Assembly: GCA_965204865.1 (NCBI GenBank)
Contig: OZ242027.1
Location: 935,550-999,549 of the forward strand
From: Dehalococcoidia bacterium
GTDB lineage: Bacteria; Chloroflexota; Dehalococcoidia; Lucifugimonadales; UBA3495
Length of the DNA stretch: 64,000 bases
Direction: 5' to 3'
The position numbers were made by a program, and so were the translations under genes. Shown here one piece after another: positions 27,683 through 38,435 of this stretch. Position 1 is the first letter of the stretch. Every line of letters begins with the position of its first letter. The notes under the pieces were generated by a model, which made no database searches, had not been told where the DNA came from, and worked only from the letters and a program-made list of their open reading frames with translations.

Positions 27683-27722
27683 TGAAAACCTAGAAACCAG
27701 GAAACGACAAGGAGCAAGCAAT

Positions 27723-28877
27723 ATGGAAGTCAGACCCTTCGAGATAGCAGTAGACGATGCCACTCTGGACGACCTGCGCCAGCGGCTGGCCGATACCCGC
27801 TGGCCCGACGAAATCCCCGGCTCCGAGTGGGACTACGGAAGCAACCTCGACTACATCAAGGAACTGTGCGAATACTGGCGTACCGGCTTCGACTGGCGGG
27901 CACAGGAAAGGAAGCTCAACGCCTTCAATCACTGTAAGTCCGAGGTTGACGGGCTGGACATCCACTTCATCCACGAAAAGGGGCAAGGCCCCAACCCCAT
28001 TCCACTGGTCATCACCCACGGCTGGCCCAGCACCTTCTTCGAGATGAGCAAGATAATCCCCCTGCTGGCCGACCCCGGCAGCCACGGCGGCGACCCGGCC
28101 GACGCCTTCGACGTGGTGGCGCCATCCCTGCCCGGTTTCGGCTTCTCGCAAGCCTCCCGCGAGCGGGGCATGGAGATAGGCAAGGTCGCCGACCTGTGGG
28201 CCAAGCTGATGACCGAGAATCTGGGTTATGGGAAGTTCGTCGCCGTGGGCGGCGACATCGGCGCAGGCGTGACCTCGCGGTTAGGCTACTCGCACGCTGA
28301 CAAGCTGCACGGCATCCACCTCACCTCCGTCACGCGCCCCACGCCGTATCTCGGCCCTGACTCGCGCGCCCTGACTGCCGCTGAGGAAGCCCATAGCGCC
28401 CAGCGAGAGCGCTGGTTTGCTGACGAGGGCGGCTACAACCACATCCAAGGCACCAAGCCGCAGACGCTGTCCTACGGCCTCAACGACTCGCCCGCTGGCG
28501 TGTGCGCTTGGATCGTAGAGAAGTGGCGCACTTGGAGCGACTGCAACGGCGACGTGGAGAGCATCTACACCAAGGACGAACTGCTGACTACCGTGACGAT
28601 TTACTGGGTCACCCAGACCATCGGCTCCTCAGTGCGGATGTACCGGGAGAACCAGACTCACGTGTGGGAGATGGAGCAGGAGGAGCGGGTGCCGGCCCCG
28701 GCGGGCATGGCGATGTTCCCGCAGGAGATTGCCCGACCGCCCCGCGAGTGGGCCGAGCGCTCCTACGACGTGCGCCGCTGGCAGGAGATGCCCCGGGGCG
28801 GACACTTCGCCGCCTTCGAGGAGCCGGGCCTGCTGGCCCATGAAGTGCGCGAGTTCTTCCGCCAGTTCCGGGGGTGA
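27723..28877 (+). CDS. Epoxide hydrolase (microsomal/EHN type, alpha/beta fold)
   Basis: FEIAVDDATLDDLRQRLADTRWPDE...IHFIHEKG...PLVITHGWPSTFFEM (HGWP oxyanion motif), and C-terminal GGHFAAFEEP. Confidence 0.9.
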   Translation: MEVRPFEIAVDDATLDDLRQRLADTRWPDEIPGSEWDYGSNLDYIKELCEYWRTGFDWRAQERKLNAFNHCKSEVDGLDIHFIHEKGQGPNPIPLVITHGWPSTFFEMSKIIPLLADPGSHGGDPADAFDVVAPSLPGFGFSQASRERGMEIGKVADLWAKLMTENLGYGKFVAVGGDIGAGVTSRLGYSHADKLHGIHLTSVTRPTPYLGPDSRALTAAEEAHSAQRERWFADEGGYNHIQGTKPQTLSYGLNDSPAGVCAWIVEKWRTWSDCNGDVESIYTKDELLTTVTIYWVTQTIGSSVRMYRENQTHVWEMEQEERVPAPAGMAMFPQEIARPPREWAERSYDVRRWQEMPRGGHFAAFEEPGLLAHEVREFFRQFRG

Positions 28878-28926
28878 GGTTAGACGCAAAGACGCAATGA
28901 AATTGGATTAGGTTAAGGAGTGAACC

Positions 28927-30915
28927 ATGCCGGTTACGGGGCTTGAAATCACTTCGGAGCGTCCCTTTGCCGACGGGGAATCCTTCGGCGACGTGGGTTC
29001 ATACACCCAGATTGACGGGACGGCGCACTTCGCCGTTGACCCGCTGCATCCGGCCAACGAGACTATCGCTGACATAAAGCTGGCTCCGCGCAACGGGCAA
29101 GGCCAGGTCGAGTTCAGCGCCGACTTCCGTATCCTGCGGCCCGTGGATCCGAGTAAGAGCAACGGGCGGCTGCTGCTGGACGTGCTGAACCGGGGAAAGG
29201 CGTTCGCCCTGCGCAACATCAACAGCGCGCCGGACATCGCACCCGACGCGCCGCTGCATCCAGGCAATGGTTTCCTGATGCGCCAGGGCTACACCATCGT
29301 CTGGTGCGGGTGGCAGCACGATGTTCCCAATACGCCGGGGCTGCTCCGAATCCATGTGCCGGAAGCGATGGAGGATGGCAAGGCGGTGTCCGGCAGGATA
29401 GTAGTCACCTTCCAGCCCAACGCTGTTGTAGAGTCTCAGTACCTTTCCGACCGGATGCACCGGGCCTACCCGGCCAACAAGCTGGAGGACTGGGAATCGG
29501 TTATGACGGTGCAGGAGGATGAAGACGCCCGTGAGCAGGTCATCCCGCGTAAGCAGTGGTGGTTCGCGCGTGTGGAAGACGGGCGGCGCATACCCGATCC
29601 TTGCTACGTGCATCTGGAAGGGGGATTCCAGCCCGGCAAGGTATACCAGGTCATCTACACCACTACCGGCGCGCCCATTGCCGGGTTGGGGCTGGCGGCT
29701 ACGCGGGATATTGCGTCGCACCTGCGCTTCGACGCCGGTGACCAACTGGAACGCGCCTATGCCTTCGGGGTTTCCCAGAGCGGGCGGTTCCTGCGTTCCT
29801 TCCTGTACCACGGGCTGAATTACGACGAAAGCGGCCGGGCCGTGTTCGACGGTTTCATGCCCCACGTGGCCGGCGGCAAGCGGGGCGAATTCAACCAGCG
29901 CTTTGCCCAGCCGTCCAGCCAGGCCACCCGCAGCGTCAACAGCCTGTTCCCCTTCGCCGATGCGCCCCAGACCGATCCTGATACAGGGCTGACCGACGGG
30001 CTGCTCTCCCGCCTTGCGACGCAGGGTGAGCTGCCCAAGGTGATGTACACCTACACCTCGTCGGAATACTGGGCCGGCCACGGGGCGCTGGTCCACACCG
30101 ACACCGAGGGGCGGCAGGACGTGGAGCCGCCGGATGCGGTGCGCGTCTATGCCTTTGCCGGAACCCAGCACGCCCTAGGCGGGCTGCCCCTCACTGACAC
30201 CGACCCGGCGGACGGCTACCGGGGAGCGCACGCCTTCAATTGTTTGGATTATCGTTGCCTGTTGCGGGCGGCGTTGGTGAACCTTGACCGTTGGGTCTCC
30301 AATGATGAACCCGCTCCGCCCAGCCAGTACCCCCGTATCGCCGATGCCACGGCAACACCCCCTGCTGGCGCCGCGCCGCGCCTCGAGGCGGTTCCGGGTG
30401 TGAAGCTGCCCCGGCCATTGCGGAAATTCACTCGGCTGGATTTTGGCCCAGACCCCTTGGTGCCGACGGTTGTACCGGTGACGGTGGGACGTGACTACCC
30501 GTGCCTGGTGTCGCAGGTGGATGCCGACGGCAACGAGGCAGCCGGCATACGGCTGCCGCTGGTGTCCGTCCCGCTGGCGACGCATCTCGGCTGGAACCGC
30601 CGCCATGCCGACATAGGCGGCGAGGGGCAGACGCTGTCCACCGGCGGGGCGTCCGGCGGCACCCTGCGCGGCTCGTCCATACCCTTCGCCGCCACCCGTG
30701 CCGAGCGCGAGGAAACCGGCGATCCGCGCGAGTCTATCGAAGAGCGCTATGCCTCCCGGCAGGACTTCCTGGAGCAGATAGAGAACGCCGCCCGGCAGCT
30801 TGTAGCCGACGGTTATCTGCTGGCTGAGGACGTTGAGCCGCTGGTCGCGCAAGCGTCTGAACATTACGAAGCTATGGCCGGGCGGCTTCAAGAGGTCCAA
30901 CCAGTCGGGGATTAA
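28927..30915 (+). CDS. Large conserved hypothetical protein, possibly an alpha/beta-hydrolase-domain protein
   Basis: 662-aa uninterrupted ORF in an operon-like run. The N-terminus (FADGESFGDVGSYTQIDGTAHFAVDPLHPANE...FRILRPVDPSKSNGRLLLDVLNRGKA) resembles a family I recall being annotated as alpha/beta hydrolase domain-containing. Not verified. Confidence 0.5.
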   Translation: MPVTGLEITSERPFADGESFGDVGSYTQIDGTAHFAVDPLHPANETIADIKLAPRNGQGQVEFSADFRILRPVDPSKSNGRLLLDVLNRGKAFALRNINSAPDIAPDAPLHPGNGFLMRQGYTIVWCGWQHDVPNTPGLLRIHVPEAMEDGKAVSGRIVVTFQPNAVVESQYLSDRMHRAYPANKLEDWESVMTVQEDEDAREQVIPRKQWWFARVEDGRRIPDPCYVHLEGGFQPGKVYQVIYTTTGAPIAGLGLAATRDIASHLRFDAGDQLERAYAFGVSQSGRFLRSFLYHGLNYDESGRAVFDGFMPHVAGGKRGEFNQRFAQPSSQATRSVNSLFPFADAPQTDPDTGLTDGLLSRLATQGELPKVMYTYTSSEYWAGHGALVHTDTEGRQDVEPPDAVRVYAFAGTQHALGGLPLTDTDPADGYRGAHAFNCLDYRCLLRAALVNLDRWVSNDEPAPPSQYPRIADATATPPAGAAPRLEAVPGVKLPRPLRKFTRLDFGPDPLVPTVVPVTVGRDYPCLVSQVDADGNEAAGIRLPLVSVPLATHLGWNRRHADIGGEGQTLSTGGASGGTLRGSSIPFAATRAEREETGDPRESIEERYASRQDFLEQIENAARQLVADGYLLAEDVEPLVAQASEHYEAMAGRLQEVQPVGD

Positions 30916-30947
30916 CCCCGAATCATTATTCCCGTCGGCTCACTCCT

Positions 30948-30972
30948 GTCATTCCCGTGAAGGCGGGAATCC
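30948..30972. repeat. REP-C copy 2
   Basis: GTCATTCCCGTGAAGGCGGGAATCC, intercistronic. Confidence 0.75.
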
Positions 30973-30997
30973 ATAATTCTCAAAATCGGAGGATGCG

Positions 30998-32557
30998 ATG
31001 AAATACGACGTAATCGTAATCGGAGCCGGTTCCGGCGGCGGCGCCCTCGCCACCCGGCTGGCCGAAGACCCCAACCGCTCGGTGCTGCTCTTGGAGGCCG
31101 GGCCGGACTACGTTGACCTGGAGCAGACGCCGGACGACCTGAAGTTCGGGTACGCTCCGCGGGCGTCGGAGATGGGGGCGCCGCACAACTGGTCGTTCAC
31201 CGGCAAGGGCAGCGCGACCCGCTCCGAGGACGTGGTGGTGCCGCGCGGCAAGGTGGTCGGTGGCACCAGCGCCATCAACGGGCAGGTGTTCCTGCGCGGC
31301 GTCCCGGAGGACTACGACAGTTGGGCCGAGTGGGGCAATGACGAGTGGTCTTTCGTGAAGTGTCTGCCCTATTTCCGCAAACTGGAAACCGATACGGACA
31401 TCGTGGACGACTTCCACGGGTTCGACGGCCCGGTGCCGGTGCGCCGCCACAGGCGTGAGGCTTGGCTGCCTCTGGCGGAGGCGTTCCACGTGTCGGCTAT
31501 GGCGTCGGGCTATGCCGAGGTCTATGACCACAACCACCCGGATTCCAGTGGCGTCGGCCCGTTGCCCATGAACAACCCCAACGGCGTGCGGATGAGTACC
31601 GCGCTCACTTACATCACCAACAACCGGCACCGGCTCAACTTCACCATCCGCGGCAACGTGCTGGTGCGCCGCATCCTGTTCGATGATGGTTCGACAGGCT
31701 CACCACGAGCGGTTGGCGTAGAGGTCGAGAGCGGCGGCGAGACCTTCACCGTCGAGAGCGAGCAGGTGGTTCTCTGCGCCGGGGCCGTCGCCTCCCCGCA
31801 GATACTGATGCTCTCGGGTGTCGGCCCGGCGGGCCATTTGCAGGATATGGGGGTGCCGGTGGTCAAGGACCTGCCGGGCGTGGGCCAGAACCTCCGCGAT
31901 CATCCCCTGTGCGCTGTCCGCGTCAAGACCAAGCCGGATTTCCCGCTGGACCCCGACGCGCCGCGTATCCAGACGGTGCTGAGGTATACGGCGACGGGTT
32001 CCGACCTGCGTAATGATATGCAGATTCTGCCCTCGTCCTTCTCCACGCCCCTGGGTGGTGACCCCTATGCCGAGGAGGGCATTCGCTTCACCTGCATCCT
32101 GGAGCTGGCCAAGAGTTCTGGGGAAATCAGGCTGCGCTCCACGACGCCAGGTGACAACCCGGACATCAACTGTCGCCACCTGGAGGAGGAATTCGACCGC
32201 GAGCGGATGCGCGAGGCGATTCGGATGTCCTTCCAGTTCATGGAGCATGATTCCTTCGGGGACATCGTGGAGGAGCCCATCTCCCCTACCCGCGAGGAAA
32301 TCGAGTCTGACGACGCCCTGGACGCCTGGATGCTGGAAACGGTGGACATAGGTCAGCACCTCTCCGGCACCTGCAAGATGGGCCCGGCCAGCGACCCCAT
32401 GGCGGTGGTGGACCAGTTCGGCGGCGTCCACGGCATCGAGAACCTGCGCGTTGCAGACGCCTCGGTGATGCCGGATGTGATCCGGGCGAACACCAACCTG
32501 ACCACCATAATGATTGGCGAGCGGGTGGCCGACTGGATTGTCCAGCAGACGGGGTAA
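30998..32557 (+). CDS. GMC-family oxidoreductase
   Basis: 519 aa. MKYDVIVIGAGSGGG start and GTCKMG...VADASVMP...NTNLTTIMIGER end. Paralogue of 6470..8023. Confidence 0.9.
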   Translation: MKYDVIVIGAGSGGGALATRLAEDPNRSVLLLEAGPDYVDLEQTPDDLKFGYAPRASEMGAPHNWSFTGKGSATRSEDVVVPRGKVVGGTSAINGQVFLRGVPEDYDSWAEWGNDEWSFVKCLPYFRKLETDTDIVDDFHGFDGPVPVRRHRREAWLPLAEAFHVSAMASGYAEVYDHNHPDSSGVGPLPMNNPNGVRMSTALTYITNNRHRLNFTIRGNVLVRRILFDDGSTGSPRAVGVEVESGGETFTVESEQVVLCAGAVASPQILMLSGVGPAGHLQDMGVPVVKDLPGVGQNLRDHPLCAVRVKTKPDFPLDPDAPRIQTVLRYTATGSDLRNDMQILPSSFSTPLGGDPYAEEGIRFTCILELAKSSGEIRLRSTTPGDNPDINCRHLEEEFDRERMREAIRMSFQFMEHDSFGDIVEEPISPTREEIESDDALDAWMLETVDIGQHLSGTCKMGPASDPMAVVDQFGGVHGIENLRVADASVMPDVIRANTNLTTIMIGERVADWIVQQTG

Positions 32558-32585
32558 TTACATTCCTTGATTACAATCCAGCAAA

Positions 32586-32620
32586 AAGGAGAGCGCCCCA
32601 CGAATTGGGGCGTTCTCCTT
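32586..32620. terminator. Bidirectional terminator between the convergent GMC and VOC genes
   Basis: AAGGAGAGCGCCCCA-CGAAT-TGGGGCGTTCTCCTT (15-bp stem with one G-T pair). Confidence 0.6.
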
Positions 32621-32652
32621 GATTCTCGGGGCCTACCTGTGCAGGCAGGGGC

Positions 32653-33090
32653 TTAGTAGTGTCGCAGTTCAACCACGTTGTCGTCGGGATCGTAGATGTA
32701 CAGAGAGATGCCGTCCCCGTGGGAACCCCAGCGCTTGCCGGGCCCGGCCTGGATCTCCACGCCGATAGCCTCGAAATGGGACTTCAACTCTTCCATGTCG
32801 GTGTAATCGATGACCATGCAGAAGTGGTCCTGGTTCTTCACGTCATCCCTGCCGTCCGGAATGCTGTCGGACGCGAAGAAGTCGATGATGGTGTCAGCGT
32901 TCAGCCGCGCCGATGGGAAGCGCACCTCGCCGGCCCGCCACTGCTCCACCCGCTCCGCTTGCAGTCCCAGCACCTCGGTGTAGAAGCGCAGCGATTCCTC
33001 CACGTCCCGGGTGCGGAGAACGATGTGGTCCATTTCGGTTATCTTGACCAGGGGTTGGGTCACGACTTCGAACTTCGTCTGGGTAGCCAT
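32653..33090 (-). CDS. VOC/glyoxalase-family protein
   Basis: MDHIVLRTRDVEESLRFY...QDHFCMVID...DPDDNVVELR. ATG 33090 is preceded by GAGGAGG; the track's TTG 33105 would include the RBS. Confidence 0.75.
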   Translation of the reverse strand: MATQTKFEVVTQPLVKITEMDHIVLRTRDVEESLRFYTEVLGLQAERVEQWRAGEVRFPSARLNADTIIDFFASDSIPDGRDDVKNQDHFCMVIDYTDMEELKSHFEAIGVEIQAGPGKRWGSHGDGISLYIYDPDDNVVELRHY

Positions 33091-33241
33091 ATTCGGCCTC
33101 CTCAATTGTGGCCCTTTGACCGACTGGGAGCGGCTCCCCGGTTAACTCAGGGCGCCCACCTGCTTTACTGGCATTATATGGCCCATCCTCTCTCTTGTCA
33201 TCCGGGTGCAAGCGTATTTCAATCTGACGACGGCCAGACGC

Positions 33242-33270
33242 TTGACATGGATTCCCGCCTTGTGTTAACT
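33242..33270 (+). promoter_or_regulatory. Putative promoter of the stand-alone ABC ATPase pair
   Basis: TTGACA (33242-33247), 17-nt spacer, TTAACT (33265-33270). Confidence 0.35.
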
Positions 33271-33360
33271 AATTCGCAATCGGTAAGGCAAACGCCTTAA
33301 CGGTCCAAAATACAGGCGTATTGTTGGGAACCAAGACGCGACAAGGCAAGAGGTGATGTC

Positions 33361-34377
33361 ATCGCTTCTAACTTTGGCGACACGGTTCTGGAGGTAAAGG
33401 ACCTCCACACCTATTTCTTCAACCGCTGGGGGACTACGAAAGCGGTTGACGGCGTGAGCTTCTCGCTTCGCGAAGGCGAGACTCTGGGCATCGTCGGAGA
33501 GTCCGGCTGCGGCAAGACGATGACCGCGCTGTCCCTGCTCCGCCTCATACCCCGCCCGGCTGCGCGCATCGTTTCCGGCGAGATTATTCTTGACGGCGAG
33601 AACCTGGTCGAGAAGACCGACAAGGAAATGCGGCAGATTCGGGGACGCCAAATCTCGATGATTTTGCAGGATCCCCAGACCTCCCTGAACCCGGTGTTTA
33701 CCATCGGCAACCAGATTCTGGAAGCCCTGGGCATCCACCAGTCCGGCGGACGCAAGGAACTGGTGGGCCGCGCCATTGACGCCCTCCGCGGCGTGCGGGT
33801 GGCGGCCCCGGAGCGGCGGATGGAAGACTTTCCGCACCAGATGAGCGGGGGGATGAAGCAGCGGGTTATCGGCGCCATCGCCATATCCTGCGCCCCCAAG
33901 GTCATCATCGCCGACGAACCGACCACCGCTCTTGACGTTACCATCCAGCTCCAATATCTCCGCTTGTTGAAGGAAATTCAGGCTGAGACCGGGCTGGCCA
34001 TCATCTTTATTACCCACGACTTCGGTATCGTAGCCCGAATGTGCGACCGGGTTGCGGTGATGTATGCCGGCCGGGTGGTGGAGGATGCCGAAGTAAGGGA
34101 CCTTTTCAATAACCCGCAACACCCCTATACTCAGACGTTGATGGCCTCGGTGCCCCAGATGGAGAGGACCGACCGGCTCTTCGCCATCGAAGGACAGCCC
34201 CCGGCTCTCTACGACCTGCCCGATGGATGCCGGTTCGCCGAGCGCTGCCAGTACGCCCAGGACATCTGCCGACGGGAGTATCCTGACACCACCCAGGTGC
34301 GGTCGAACCACACCGCCAACTGCTGGATGCTCGACCCTTCATGGTCCGAACCAGCCCTGGCCGGACAGAGGGAGTAA
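33361..34377 (+). CDS. ABC transporter ATP-binding protein (DppD/OppD-like); 5' end unresolved
   Basis: Walker A GESGCGKT, signature MSGGMKQR, Walker [12 protein letters not shown], and an oligopeptide-type C-terminal extension. Conserved N-terminal strand VLEVKDLHTYF...KAVDGVSF lies upstream of the track's GTG 33454, but no canonical start is in frame (see finding). Confidence 0.8.
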   Translation: MASNFGDTVLEVKDLHTYFFNRWGTTKAVDGVSFSLREGETLGIVGESGCGKTMTALSLLRLIPRPAARIVSGEIILDGENLVEKTDKEMRQIRGRQISMILQDPQTSLNPVFTIGNQILEALGIHQSGGRKELVGRAIDALRGVRVAAPERRMEDFPHQMSGGMKQRVIGAIAISCAPKVIIADEPTTALDVTIQLQYLRLLKEIQAETGLAIIFITHDFGIVARMCDRVAVMYAGRVVEDAEVRDLFNNPQHPYTQTLMASVPQMERTDRLFAIEGQPPALYDLPDGCRFAERCQYAQDICRREYPDTTQVRSNHTANCWMLDPSWSEPALAGQRE

Positions 34378-34381
34378 ACCA

Positions 34382-35350
34382 ATGCCCACAGAACTGTTGC
34401 GGGCAGAAAACCTGACAAAGTATTTCCCGGTTACCAAGGGGCTGATACTGATGAAGACCGTCGGCCACGTGCAGGCGGTGGACGGTATTAGCTTCTCCAT
34501 CAACGAAGGGGAAACCTTGGGACTGGTAGGGGAATCGGGCTGCGGCAAGACCACCACCTCCAAGCTGGTGTTGCGGCTGGAAGAGCCTACCGAGGGCGAC
34601 ATTTTCCTGGACGGTAAGAACATCAAGGACTTTCGCGGGCCGGAACTCAAGGACTTCCGCACCCAGGTTCAGGCTGTGTTCCAGGATCCGTGGTCGTCCC
34701 TCAGCCCTCGGATGCGAGTCCGCGACATAGTGTCGGAGGCCCTGGTGGTCAACCGCGACGTCACCAACCAGGAACGCGACGACCGGGTAGAAGAGGTAAT
34801 GAATCAGGTGGGCCTGCGCAAGGCCCAGGCCGACCTCTACCCCCACGAGTTCAGCGGCGGCCAGCGCCAGAGGGTTGCTGTCGCCAGCGCGCTGGCTTCC
34901 TATCCCAAGTTGATAATCCTCGATGAGCCGGTATCGGCTCTCGACGTGTCCATTCGCGCCCAGGTGATGAACCTGCTGGTTGACCTGCAACAGGAAACGG
35001 GGGTGGCCTACCTGCTGGTGGCGCACAACCTAGCCACCGTGCGCTATATGTCGCATCAGACGGCGGTGATGTACCTGGGGCAGATTGTGGAGTACAGCCC
35101 CACCGAGGAACTGTACGAGAATCCCCTGCACCCCTACACCAAGGCGCTGTTCTCTGCGGCGCTGCCCTCGCACCCCGATGTGGAGCGGGAGGAAATCGTG
35201 TTGCAGGGGGAGGTTCCGTCGCCCATCAACCCGCCCACCGGGTGCAGGTTCCATCCAAGATGTCCCTTCGCCATGGACCGCTGCTCCGTGGAGGAGCCGG
35301 TCCAAAAGGATGTTGGCAGCGGTCACATAGTGAGCTGCCACCTGTACTAG
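34382..35350 (+). CDS. ABC transporter ATP-binding protein (DppF/OppF-like)
   Basis: MPTELLRAENLTKYFPV..., [29 protein letters not shown], and C-terminal [20 protein letters not shown] 34382 is 4 nt after the upstream stop. Confidence 0.9.
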   Translation: MPTELLRAENLTKYFPVTKGLILMKTVGHVQAVDGISFSINEGETLGLVGESGCGKTTTSKLVLRLEEPTEGDIFLDGKNIKDFRGPELKDFRTQVQAVFQDPWSSLSPRMRVRDIVSEALVVNRDVTNQERDDRVEEVMNQVGLRKAQADLYPHEFSGGQRQRVAVASALASYPKLIILDEPVSALDVSIRAQVMNLLVDLQQETGVAYLLVAHNLATVRYMSHQTAVMYLGQIVEYSPTEELYENPLHPYTKALFSAALPSHPDVEREEIVLQGEVPSPINPPTGCRFHPRCPFAMDRCSVEEPVQKDVGSGHIVSCHLY

Positions 35351-35384
35351 GGAAGTAACAGCCTTGATATACTTGAACAGAAAG

Positions 35385-35413
35385 AAGCCTCTATTGATTA
35401 GAGGCTTTATTTT
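35385..35413 (+). terminator. Rho-independent terminator 1 after the ATPase pair
   Basis: AAGCCTCTA-TTGAT-TAGAGGCTT followed by TATTTT. Confidence 0.6.
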
Positions 35414-35465
35414 CGCCCAAGTGCCGATTTCTCTAATCTTTCCGGCATTCCAATTTCACCAGTCA

Positions 35466-35494
35466 AGCCCCGATTTATTCGGGGCTTTATTTTT
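35466..35494 (+). terminator. Rho-independent terminator 2 (tandem)
   Basis: AGCCCCGA-TTTAT-TCGGGGCT followed by TTATTTTT. Both terminators are followed by the shared tail (C)GCCCAAG. Confidence 0.6.
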
Positions 35495-35712
35495 GCCCAA
35501 GCCAGGAGTCGGCGCGTCCCGGATTCCTGGCAACCAAATTTGGGGGTTACGCCCAGAGAGGCCCCGCTAATTGGCCGCGGCACTATCAGGCAGCCAAATT
35601 TGACCTGGCTTAACTGGCGGTTTGGTCTTCCGGCGCAGGGAGATCCCGGTCAATTGCCTTACTGGGCAGAACCGGCAATAGCACAACAGTTTCATCGGAG
35701 GATGGAAGATAG

Positions 35713-37878
<2,166 letters not shown>

Positions 37879-37900
37879 CAGTCCAGTAGTTCCGAATAAG

Positions 37901-37945
37901 AGGCGGCCACGGCCTTAGCGGGGAGCCGTGGCCGCCTTGCTTTTG
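37901..37945 (+). terminator. Terminator of the double PstS-like gene
   Basis: AGGCGGCCACGG-13 nt-CCGTGGCCGCCT followed by TGCTTTT. Confidence 0.6.
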
Positions 37946-38022
37946 ACGCCCGGCCCCGGTGCGGCTACACTGGCGAAAATTCGTTGGGATTACAATACTC
38001 TGAGATTGCGTTGGAGAGGGAA

Positions 38023-38361
38023 ATGAGCATCATCCGACTTTACACCGGCGATGATGGGCAGACTCACATAGAAGAGATGAGCCCGGAATCCCACCCCGAG
38101 CTGGCGTCTCTGCAATCCACTACCGGGATAGTGTTCCGCACCGTCGAGCCCGGCTACTTCAGCGACTGGCACAACGCGCCGCGCCGCCAGTTCGTCATCA
38201 CGGTACAGGGCGAGGTGGAGATTGGTTTGGGCGACGGAACAGTGCACCGCTTCGGCCCGGGGCACGCCACGCTGGCCGAGGACCTTACCGGCCAGGGCCA
38301 CACCACCCGCGCCGTGGGCGACAAGCCGAGGGTCACCGCGACCATTCCGCTGTCGGACTAA
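38023..38361 (+). CDS. Small cupin-like protein
   Basis: 112 aa, MSIIRLYTGDDGQTHIEE...WHNAPRRQFVITVQGEVEIGLGDGTVHRFGPGH is beta-rich and cupin-like. ATG 38023 follows GGAGAGGG. Confidence 0.55.
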   Translation: MSIIRLYTGDDGQTHIEEMSPESHPELASLQSTTGIVFRTVEPGYFSDWHNAPRRQFVITVQGEVEIGLGDGTVHRFGPGHATLAEDLTGQGHTTRAVGDKPRVTATIPLSD

Positions 38362-38369
38362 ACGAAGAG

Positions 38370-38404
38370 TTCCCTCTCCCAGAAGGAGAGGGTTAGGGTG
38401 AGGG
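38370..38404 (-). repeat. REP-A copy 7
   Basis: TTCCCTCTCCCAGAAGGAGAGGGTTAGGGTGAGGG, intercistronic. Confidence 0.85.
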
Positions 38405-38435
38405 CGTGCATTTCGGAATAGAGCCGGAGGTAACT

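Noticed and set aside
28999-30171. 390-aa minus-strand ORF, one of many long ORFs antisense to confidently assigned genes. Others include 26546..27400, 33265..34311, 34106..35026, 38358..39353, 39391..40584, 40568..41578, 41892..42695, 44306..45697, 52824..54008 and 55518..56753.
   Set aside because: High GC content suppresses stop codons on the opposite strand. These translations are Arg/Gly/Pro/His-rich low-complexity sequence with no family resemblance. Each is fully shadowed by a gene with clear family motifs.
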